Origin: Microbacterium pygmaeum
GTDB lineage: Bacteria; Actinomycetota; Actinomycetes; Actinomycetales; Microbacteriaceae
Assembly (NCBI RefSeq): GCF_900100885.1
Contig: NZ_LT629692.1
Coordinates: 1,809,966-1,833,965 of the forward strand
Direction: 5' to 3'
DNA: 24,000 bases
Positions 1-5,997 of this stretch are shown piece after piece. The notes beneath the pieces are model-generated. The model made no database searches. It saw nothing but the letters and a program-made list of their open reading frames with translations, and had not been told where the DNA came from. Position numbers and translations under genes: made by a program. The stretch's first letter is position 1. Each line of letters starts with the position of its first letter.

Positions 1-328
1 GAGAATCCAGAGCGCGCCCCCGATGCCGAACCGTCATGGCGAAGGCGGCGCCGAAGGCGGCCGCGATGATGACCGGACGGCGGCCGAACCGGTCGGACAG
101 GCGGCCGAGGAATGGGGCGACGACAAAGGCGCAGAGTCCGTTGATCGCTTCGAGTACGCCAACCCAGATCGCCAGGTCGCTCTCGTTGCCGACGTACTGC
201 AGCACCACGAACGGAAGCACCGGCAGGACGACAGTCATCCCGATGACGGTGAGCATCGTCAGCACGATGAGCATGACCCAAGCGCGCTGGGCGTCGCGAC
301 GCGGGACGGAGGGAGTACGTGAAGTCAT
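1..328 (-). CDS. MFS-type efflux transporter, N-terminal part (the rest of the gene lies beyond the window start)
   Basis: My reverse-complement translation from ATG (328-326) gives MTSRTPSVPRRDAQRAWVMLIVLTMLTVIGMTVVLPVLPFVVLQYVGNESDLAIWVGVLEAINGLCAFVVAPFLGRLSDRFGRRPVIIAAAFGAAF. It has hydrophobic TM segments and the MFS loop 2-3 signature G-x-L-S-D-R-x-G-R-R. It is absent from the ORF track because it runs off the window. It is divergent from a TetR gene, the classic efflux/repressor layout. Confidence 0.8.
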   Translation of the reverse strand, partial: MTSRTPSVPRRDAQRAWVMLIVLTMLTVIGMTVVLPVLPFVVLQYVGNESDLAIWVGVLEAINGLCAFVVAPFLGRLSDRFGRRPVIIAAAFGAAFAMTVRHRGRALDS

Positions 329-384
329 GCCATAACTGTATCAATACCAACTTCGGTGTCAAGACAGTTTCAGACTGAGTTCGC

Positions 385-390
385 TATAAT
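385..390 (+). promoter_or_regulatory. Consensus -10 hexamer TATAAT 6 nt upstream of the TetR ATG (leaderless-type promoter). An imperfect inverted repeat at 335-368 is a candidate TetR operator.
   Basis: TATAAT at 385-390 and ATG at 397, with no Shine-Dalgarno sequence between them. ACTGT (335-339) and ACAGT (364-368) are the outer arms of an imperfect palindrome in which 11 of 17 positions pair. The palindrome lies inside the 68-bp MFS/TetR divergent intergenic region. Confidence 0.45.
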
Positions 391-396
391 GAGGGC

Positions 397-1008
397 ATGT
401 CGAAAATCGAGCCGATCGGACGCCGCGAACGCAAGAAGGCCGCCACCCGCAAGGCGATCTCCGATGTCGCGACGCTCTTGTTCCTCGAGCGCGGGTTTGA
501 CAACGTGAGCATTCGCGAGGTCGCCGATGCCGCTGACGTTTCGCCGACCACCGTGTTCGCACACTTCGCGCAGAAGGAGGCGCTCGTCTTCGACGAGGAT
601 GACGAGCAACGGGATCGATTGGTGGCGGCGGTACGTGATCGTCCCGCGGGCACCACGATCAACGCCGCGCTGGAGAGCTTCTACGCGACCGAGATCGAGG
701 TGAATGTCCAGGAGCACGGTGATGAAGTCGCCCGCACGTTCATGACCTTCCTCAACGCAACGCCGGCGCTTCGCGATTACGCGGCGAAGATGTGGCTGCG
801 GCACGAAGACGCCCTTGCCGAGGCCATCGCCGACGAGCTCGGTCTGGGCGAGCCCGCTAACGAGATCCGCGTGTACGCCCGGTTCGTGCTCCAGATGCAG
901 TCGCTGATCAGCGAGAGTGGAGACCAGCAGGCGACGCTGCGTGCCGGCTTCGCGATCCTCGAGAGCGGCTGGGCGCCGGTCGAGGCTCGCCTGGACGACT
1001 CGGCCTGA
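397..1008 (+). CDS. TetR/AcrR family transcriptional regulator
   Basis: 203-aa ORF. The N-terminus RRERKKAATRKAISDVATLLFLERGFDNVSIREVADAADVSPTTVFAHFAQKEAL is a canonical TetR_N helix-turn-helix. The gene is divergent from an MFS transporter. Confidence 0.9.
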   Translation: MSKIEPIGRRERKKAATRKAISDVATLLFLERGFDNVSIREVADAADVSPTTVFAHFAQKEALVFDEDDEQRDRLVAAVRDRPAGTTINAALESFYATEIEVNVQEHGDEVARTFMTFLNATPALRDYAAKMWLRHEDALAEAIADELGLGEPANEIRVYARFVLQMQSLISESGDQQATLRAGFAILESGWAPVEARLDDSA

Positions 1009-1065
1009 CGCCTGGCAGCAGGGGTACGTGGTCGTGGTGGGTCGAGCGCACGCACTGAGCCCCGC

Positions 1066-1082
1066 CCCGGCCGCCCGCCGGG
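1066..1082. terminator. GC-only hairpin between convergent genes (candidate bidirectional terminator)
   Basis: CCCGGC (1066-1071) pairs perfectly with GCCGGG (1077-1082) around a 5-nt loop. It lies between the TetR stop (1008) and the stop of the 897-aa gene (1084). There is no U-tract. Confidence 0.3.
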
Positions 1083-1083
1083 A

Positions 1084-3777
1084 TCACCGCAGGAACTGGT
1101 ACCGGATCTCCACCTGGATCTCGGTGAGCCCCGAGACGTCGAGTCCGGCGTTCTCGCGTGCGCCGACGACCGAGACGCTCCAGTCGCCGCCGATGCCGCG
1201 ACCCCAGAACGCGAGGGACAGCGGTGCAGTCAGCGGGACATCGACCGTTGCGTTCTCCTCCGGGTCCAGCGGCGTGAGCACCGCGCGTCGGGTGCTCGTT
1301 CGTGCCTGGAGCAGCTGGACGTCGATGGACCCGTCGGCGCGACGCTGCTCGTACCGACCGCCGTGTCGGATCTCGCAGGAGACCGCGCCCGTCGGATGCG
1401 CGGCGCCGACCAGGGCGAGCCGCACACTTCGGATCTTCGCGTCAGCCCGGCCCTCGGGAATCCTGGCTGCATCCACGAAGAAGCCGAACCGACCTGTCTC
1501 GCGCAGCTGCTGGAACTCGCGGTCGCCCGGGCGGAAGATCCTGCTCAGCACGTCCTGGTCATGGGCGCGCTCGAAGTAGGAGAGGTAGTCCTGCTGGATG
1601 TTCAGCGGCTTCAGCATCTTGCCCCACGAGGCGGTCAGGGCCTCGGCGAGCTGGTTGTCGGTGATGCGCTTCTCGTAGTAGTCGAGCCATGTCTCGGGGC
1701 TGAGCACCCCGGCATCCAGTGCGATGTTCTGCGCCTGCGGCAGCAGCGTGTAGATCTCCACCGACCGTGCAGCGCGGAACGCCATGCTCGTCAGAGACTC
1801 AGCGGCCGACTGGGCGATGTTGATCGCGAGCAGCCCGACTTCCTTGACCGATTCGGCATCGACATGGAGTCGCTTCTGGAGCGCCTCGGCCTGCGTCGCC
1901 TGCTCGGCGGCCCGCGCCGACCGGGACTGCGCGGCTTGCACGCGCTGCTGCGCGAGCTCGACGCGGTTGTTGGCGATGAGGAGCTGGTGAGCGAGCTCGG
2001 CGCCACGGCGCACGAGCGCGACCTGCTTGGCGTTGTCGGGCGTCGATGAGGCGGTGAGCTTTTCGATGACCCCGACGAAGTTGACGATCGTCTTGCCGGC
2101 CGCGATGACAGCATCCGCTTGCTTGCCGACCTTCTTGTACGCGTCCTCCACGGCCTTCGTGTCGGCCTTCGTGCCGGCCAGCAGCGCCTGAGCGATCGGC
2201 TGCGCCTGCGCCGTCACGGTGTCGACCAGGCTGACCATCGCGGGAACCAGGGCGACCAGGCTCGCGCCGGCGGTCGGAATGGCCGCGATCACGCCGACGA
2301 CGGCGCTCGCGACGCTGGCGACCGTGCCGATGATGTCACCGATGCCGAATGACGTGTCCTCCATTTCGGACATCGCAGCCTCGAGGTCGGTGGTCGCCTC
2401 GTCGAGTTGCTTCTGGATCAGGCTCGCTTCGTCGATGGCGATGTCCTTTTCGGATGCCGCAAGCCGCACGTCGTCTTCGAAATTGTCCCGCGCGGCCTCG
2501 GCGGCCTGCTTCTGCGATCCGACGATCCCCTCGAGCGCCGCGGTGGTGCCACTGGAGAAGACTGTGCTGAGGCCGCTGAGCAGGAAGTCGGTCGCGAGTG
2601 TGCTGAAGCCCTGGAACGCCGAGATGTAGGTGTCGAAGCTCGGCAGGATGTCGAGCTGGGGGGAGAGGCCGAGCACGTTCGTGCCGCCGCCCACCCAGAC
2701 CCGTTGGCCGGCGATTTCCTGCGCGACGCCGACGAGCTGAGCCTGCAGTTGCAGCCCGTAGCCGTTGTCGGGTTGGAGTTCGAGGCCACGGGCGATCTCG
2801 CTCGCCGCGCGCTCGCCGTCCTCGCCGGGATCTGACGCGCTCGGGTTGAACCGGTGGTAGTGGTACTCGCCCATGGCGATCCGGAACGGTGCCCAGTAGT
2901 TGGCCCACGACGGTCCGGTGGAATCCAGGAGAGGACGCATCCCCGCGATGAAGTCCTCTTCCGACACGTTGGTCCGCGTCACCGAGCCCGGTGTGCCCCA
3001 CTCGCCGGGTGCGCCGTCGTAGCCCGGAGCGGCCGTACCCGCGCTGTACGCGCCATCCGGACCGGCGACGCCCGCGGCGCCCCCGCCACCCGGAGTGCCT
3101 CCCGCCGCCGCGAGCACCGGTTCGGTGTCATCGGCGACGGAGGTGAACACGATCGCGCCGCCGCTGCCGCCGGACCCTCCGTTGCCTCCACTGCCGCCAT
3201 TGCCGCCGGGATAGCCTTCGACCGTCTCCTCCGGGACGGTGTACTCCTCGTACTCGAAGTCGTAGGGGTCGCCCGGGGTCAGGTCGCGCTGCTCGGTGTG
3301 CTCGGCCGTGTGCCAACCGGTCGCGCCTGCGGTGCCGTTACCGCCCCGTCCACCGCTGGTTCCGTTCCCGCCCGAGGTGTTGATCTTCGCGTTGATCGTC
3401 CGCCGCGCGTAGATCGTGACGGCGACGCCGTTCGCGCCCGACGCACCCGCACCGCCGTGCTCGCCGGGATTGCCGCCGGAGATCGGGCGACCGGCGGGGG
3501 TGTAGAGCTGCGTCGGCGGTACCGGAACGCCGTTCTGGCCATTGCCGCCGACGGCGGTGGCGGAGGCGCCGAACGCATCGATCGTGAAGCCCGCTCCGTC
3601 GAAGAGATCGGCGACGATGACGAGCGGCCGCGCGGTGATGCGCAGGTTCTTGCCGAGCCGAACCACCCTCCCGAGGAGGAACACCGGCCCGTCGCCGGCG
3701 TAGTCGTGGCAGATGTCTTCGATCTCCTGCGTGACGGTGATCTCATCGCGGATGAAGGGGGAGGTGTACACGGGCAT
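1084..3777 (-). CDS. Large hypothetical protein with an N-terminal Gly/Asn-rich repeat region, central coiled coil plus hydrophobic helical hairpin, and a C-terminal beta-rich domain (possible pore-forming or toxin-like protein)
   Basis: 897-aa ORF with very strong G/C third-position bias, and all overlapping ORFs look like antisense artefacts. It has GGNG-type repeats (GGNGGSGGNGGSGGSGG, SGGNGTSGGRGGNGTAGATG). A ~40-aa uncharged stretch, IIGTVASVASAVVGVIAAIPTAGASLVALVPAMVSLV, is flanked by long Ala/Gln/Glu-rich helices. No signal peptide is visible. Confidence 0.85.
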   Translation of the reverse strand: MPVYTSPFIRDEITVTQEIEDICHDYAGDGPVFLLGRVVRLGKNLRITARPLVIVADLFDGAGFTIDAFGASATAVGGNGQNGVPVPPTQLYTPAGRPISGGNPGEHGGAGASGANGVAVTIYARRTINAKINTSGGNGTSGGRGGNGTAGATGWHTAEHTEQRDLTPGDPYDFEYEEYTVPEETVEGYPGGNGGSGGNGGSGGSGGAIVFTSVADDTEPVLAAAGGTPGGGGAAGVAGPDGAYSAGTAAPGYDGAPGEWGTPGSVTRTNVSEEDFIAGMRPLLDSTGPSWANYWAPFRIAMGEYHYHRFNPSASDPGEDGERAASEIARGLELQPDNGYGLQLQAQLVGVAQEIAGQRVWVGGGTNVLGLSPQLDILPSFDTYISAFQGFSTLATDFLLSGLSTVFSSGTTAALEGIVGSQKQAAEAARDNFEDDVRLAASEKDIAIDEASLIQKQLDEATTDLEAAMSEMEDTSFGIGDIIGTVASVASAVVGVIAAIPTAGASLVALVPAMVSLVDTVTAQAQPIAQALLAGTKADTKAVEDAYKKVGKQADAVIAAGKTIVNFVGVIEKLTASSTPDNAKQVALVRRGAELAHQLLIANNRVELAQQRVQAAQSRSARAAEQATQAEALQKRLHVDAESVKEVGLLAINIAQSAAESLTSMAFRAARSVEIYTLLPQAQNIALDAGVLSPETWLDYYEKRITDNQLAEALTASWGKMLKPLNIQQDYLSYFERAHDQDVLSRIFRPGDREFQQLRETGRFGFFVDAARIPEGRADAKIRSVRLALVGAAHPTGAVSCEIRHGGRYEQRRADGSIDVQLLQARTSTRRAVLTPLDPEENATVDVPLTAPLSLAFWGRGIGGDWSVSVVGARENAGLDVSGLTEIQVEIRYQFLR

Positions 3778-3883
3778 GCGGCGTCCTTCTGCCAGGTCGG
3801 TGATTCGGTCACCGCGAAAGAGTCAGGCGCGGTCGTTCGTGATACGTCGAGGCGGATACGCGGAAGCTAAACTTGACGAGCCA

Positions 3884-3955
3884 GCCTCTGTAGCTCAATG
3901 GAAGAGCAGTTCCGTCCTAAGGAAACGGTTGGGGGTTCGAGTCCCTCCAGGGGCA
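3884..3955 (+). tRNA. tRNA-Arg (anticodon CCU), CCA not encoded
   Basis: Hand-folded cloverleaf. The acceptor is GCCTCTG/CAGGGGC (one G-U pair). The D arm is GCTC-AATGGAA-GAGC. The anticodon arm is GTTCC-GTCCTAA-GGAAA (T33, CCT at 34-36, A37, with a 27:43 G-A mismatch). The variable loop is CGGTT, the T arm is GGGGG-TTCGAGT-CCCTC, and the discriminator is A. The overall shape resembles E. coli argW as I remember it. The anticodon assignment is less certain than the tRNA call. Confidence 0.75.
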
Positions 3956-3970
3956 CAGTGCTTTTTTGCC

Positions 3971-4005
3971 TCTGACCAGGGATTTCTTCTGTGGTCAGAC
4001 CACAG
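3971..4005. repeat. Overlapping inverted repeats just 3' of the tRNA, including a perfect 17-bp palindrome
   Basis: CTGTGGTC-A-GACCACAG (3989-4005) is a perfect palindrome. TCTGACCA (3971-3978) is also complementary to TGGTCAGA (3992-3999), so two mutually exclusive hairpins are possible. The position fits a tRNA terminator or an att-arm protein-binding site. Confidence 0.6.
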
Positions 4006-4014
4006 AAAACGTCA

Positions 4015-4034
4015 TTTTGCCCGTTTTTTGCCCG
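4015..4034 (+). repeat. Direct repeat TTTTGCCCG x2 (period 11) in the tRNA-integrase spacer (candidate integrase arm-type or IHF-like sites)
   Basis: TTTTGCCCG occurs at 4015-4023 and 4026-4034, and a third partial copy TTTTGCC occurs at 3964-3970. Nearby are two copies of the palindromic octamer GGCGCGCC (4051-4058 and 4094-4101), flanked by CAAG and CTTG. The region is unusually AT-rich for this window. Confidence 0.45.
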
Positions 4035-4163
4035 CATTTCTCAAACTCTGGGCGCGCCGACAAGCCGCTTCAAGGCCCTTCGTTGGACGTCTTGGCGCGC
4101 CGAAATGAAGCGTTTCGCACGGGATCCTGCCCGCCGAAAAAGTGAGCAATCTGCTCTGCGCGG

Positions 4164-5303
4164 TTACTGCAGTCGCTGGGGTCGGGCGTACCGAGTCTGA
4201 GGACCCGAAGGCAGCGCCACCAACGGCATCTGCTCATTCAGTCGCGTCGCGACTTCGTCCAGATCGTCCTCGAAGAGGTCGGCGTACGTGTCGAGCGTCA
4301 TCGCGGCCGACGCGTGGCCGAGCATCCGCTGCACGGCCTTCACATTTGCTCCCGAGCTGATCGCGAGCGACGCGGCGGTGTGACGGAGGTCGTGCGGAGT
4401 GAGCCGCGGAATCGATGGGTCGATCTCCTGCGCCCGCCGGACCGCATTCGCGAACCATCCCTTGTCGCCCGAGTTGCGCATGTGATTGAGTCCGTCGCCG
4501 AACAGCAGACCCTCCGGGCCCTTGCCGGCGCACGCTTGCTCGATCATCGGGGCGAGGCGCGCGGGATACGGGACTGAACGGCGTTCCTGCGTCTTGGGTG
4601 TGCCGACGTGGATCTCGTAGGCGATCATGACCGCGTTCTCCTCGATGACGAAGCGCCGGCGCAACCGGTTCACGCTGCGAACCCGCAGCCCTGTCGCCTC
4701 ACCCCATCGCAGACCGCAGTAGGCGAGTGTGAGGACGAGCGTCGGATGCGCGGAGCACGCCGCCAGCGTCGCCACCTGGTCATGTGTGAGGTAGATGCGT
4801 CGCTTGCCCGGTCCGTGCCGCGGAAGGTTGCGCACGTTGCGGGCCGGATTGCTTGCGAGGCGCCGATCGTCGATCGCAACGTCGAGGATGCCGGCCAGAA
4901 TCCCCAGCGCGCGAAGGACCACCGTCCGCGACTTCGTCGTCGCGAGAGCTGACACCCAATCCTGGACTTCAGAGCGCCGGATCGACGAGATCTCACGGTC
5001 TGCCCAGACAGGAGCGACGTGATTGTTCCAGGCTCGCTCGAGTGTCATGTAGTACGAGGGCTTCGACATCGGCGGCTGCTTGGATCGCAGCCAGCTGTCC
5101 GCGAACATGCGAACAGGAACTCGCGACGATGAGGGGTCGATGTACTCGCCCTTCGACTTCGACACCGTGACCATCGACAGGTAGAGCTTCGCTTCGCGCA
5201 TCGTTGTGAAGCCGCGCTTCTCTGCCTCGGTGCGATCCGGCTTGCGATAGCGCACGCGGTAGCGGCGGCCCTTCGCCGTCTCGTACGGGGTGATGTAGCC
5301 CAT
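4164..5303 (-). CDS. int: Tyrosine recombinase (phage/ICE-type integrase)
   Basis: I trimmed the 481-aa track ORF to the ATG at 5303, which is preceded by GGAGG 6 nt upstream. The N-terminus MGYITPYETAKGRRYRVRYRKPDRTE is a typical arm-binding domain. Catalytic residues are visible in LRWGEATGLR (R), HDLRHTAAS (H-x-x-R) and LGHASAAMTLDTYADL (H...Y). The gene sits next to a tRNA 3' end. Confidence 0.92.
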   Translation of the reverse strand: MGYITPYETAKGRRYRVRYRKPDRTEAEKRGFTTMREAKLYLSMVTVSKSKGEYIDPSSSRVPVRMFADSWLRSKQPPMSKPSYYMTLERAWNNHVAPVWADREISSIRRSEVQDWVSALATTKSRTVVLRALGILAGILDVAIDDRRLASNPARNVRNLPRHGPGKRRIYLTHDQVATLAACSAHPTLVLTLAYCGLRWGEATGLRVRSVNRLRRRFVIEENAVMIAYEIHVGTPKTQERRSVPYPARLAPMIEQACAGKGPEGLLFGDGLNHMRNSGDKGWFANAVRRAQEIDPSIPRLTPHDLRHTAASLAISSGANVKAVQRMLGHASAAMTLDTYADLFEDDLDEVATRLNEQMPLVALPSGPQTRYARPQRLQ

Positions 5304-5345
5304 CTCGACCTCCGCTCGCGCCGGCTCGACAGTGGAGTATTGACA

Positions 5346-5360
5346 CAGTGTCGGACACTG
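5346..5360. promoter_or_regulatory. Perfect 15-bp palindrome upstream of the integrase start (candidate operator)
   Basis: CAGTGTC-G-GACACTG at 5346-5360, 43 bp upstream of the int ATG. A TTGACA hexamer abuts it on the + strand at 5340-5345, but I could find no matching -10. Confidence 0.35.
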
Positions 5361-5632
5361 GCCCGGGTCGTCAACGCGGAAGACGACAGATGTGGATAGA
5401 TGACGGAAGACGTCGTCAACTGGCGTTGGGGTGGAGGGATAGCGCCCTCCGACGCAGAGAGTCCGGCGATCGTTCGCGCCTCTCACTCCTTGCAGACTCC
5501 GTGCTGGCGCGCTCCGCTCAGCAGCCGTTCGATGACAAGCATTGCGCCGCGCCCGATCGCCGAGTGGGCCGAACCTCGGTGCGATAGCGCTTTCGCTGAA
5601 GCTCACCATCCGGGCAGCTGCTCATGGATCGG

Positions 5633-5659
5633 CGCTGACGTCGAGTCGCTGACGTCGAG
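5633..5659 (+). repeat. Tandem 13-bp direct repeat CGCTGACGTCGAG x2 immediately upstream of the MazG-like gene
   Basis: Identical copies at 5633-5645 and 5647-5659 separated by 1 nt. Each contains the GACGTC palindrome. The second copy ends 17 nt before the GTG start at 5677. Confidence 0.5.
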
Positions 5660-5676
5660 GCTGATAGCTTCGCATC

Positions 5677-5997
5677 GTGGTCACCGATCAGACGCGCCAA
5701 GCGATTCGAGCGTTCACGGACGAGCGAGAGTGGGACCAGTTCCACTCCGCGGCGAACCTCGCCAAGAGCATTTCGATCGAGGCTGGCGAACTGCTGGAGT
5801 GCTTCCAGTGGACCGACGACGCCGATCCCGAGCAAGTGGCTGAGGAGTTGGCCGACGTCCTGACATACTGTGTTCTGCTTGCGGACCGCCTCGGAGTGGA
5901 TCTGGACGCCATCGTGCTCGGCAAGCTTCGCGCATCGGCGGCGAAGTATCCCGTGGACAAGGCGCGCGGTAAGAGCGCAAAATATGACGCCCTTTAG
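5677..5997 (+). CDS. MazG-like nucleoside triphosphate pyrophosphohydrolase (small all-alpha NTP-PPase)
   Basis: 106-aa ORF with a GTG start directly after an in-frame TAG at 5665. The sequence REWDQFHSAANLAKSISIEAGELLECFQW...PEQVAEELADVLTYCVLLADRLGVDL shows the paired E-x-x-E / E-x-x-D metal-binding helices typical of the MazG/dCTPase-like family. Confidence 0.8.
   Translation: MVTDQTRQAIRAFTDEREWDQFHSAANLAKSISIEAGELLECFQWTDDADPEQVAEELADVLTYCVLLADRLGVDLDAIVLGKLRASAAKYPVDKARGKSAKYDAL

Noticed and set aside
23-335. Two 99-aa plus-strand ORFs at the window start
   Set aside because: Both are antisense to a much more convincing minus-strand MFS transporter N-terminus, which has TM helices and a GRLSDRFGRRP motif. 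Their sequences are Arg/Ala/Gly-rich and low in complexity, as is typical of wrong-frame ORFs in high-GC DNA.
3050-3500. GGN-rich DNA repeats as a possible tandem-repeat or CRISPR-like array
   Set aside because: The periodicity is the codon-level consequence of Gly/Asn/Ser repeats inside an intact long ORF. There are no constant repeat units separated by unique spacers.
1230-3870. Dozens of 60-340-aa ORFs on both strands inside 1084-3777 (for example 2854..3870 +, 2336..3001 -, 3279..3812 -)
   Set aside because: All overlap the 897-aa gene in other frames and are dominated by Arg/Ala/Pro/Gly runs. The 897-aa frame is the only one with near-uniform G/C third positions and protein-like composition.
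3909-3925. Alternative anticodon readings for the tRNA (for example loop CTAAGGA giving AAG)
   Set aside because: That register would leave 4 nt between the D and anticodon stems and only a 2-nt variable loop. The GTTCC/GGAAA stem with loop GTCCTAA (T33, anticodon CCT) is the only fold with standard spacing, although G32 and the 27:43 G-A mismatch are atypical.
5340-5368. Plus-strand sigma70-like promoter from the TTGACA hexamer at 5340-5345
   Set aside because: No acceptable -10 hexamer lies 16-19 nt downstream, where the sequence is CCGGGT/CGGGTC. The hexamer is more likely incidental to the adjacent palindrome.
5304-5609. N-terminal 102-aa extension of the integrase ORF in the track (start at 5609)
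   Set aside because: The extension is Arg/Pro/Ser-rich with no integrase similarity. The internal ATG at 5303 has a GGAGG ribosome-binding site and begins the canonical MGYITPYETAKGRRYRVRYR arm-binding domain.
5870-5983. Upstream part of the 613-aa track ORF (MFCLRTASEW...)
   Set aside because: It overlaps the MazG-like gene out of frame and reads as low-complexity sequence. The ATG at 5984 gives the usual short overlap with the upstream stop and starts directly before the GIY-YIG block.
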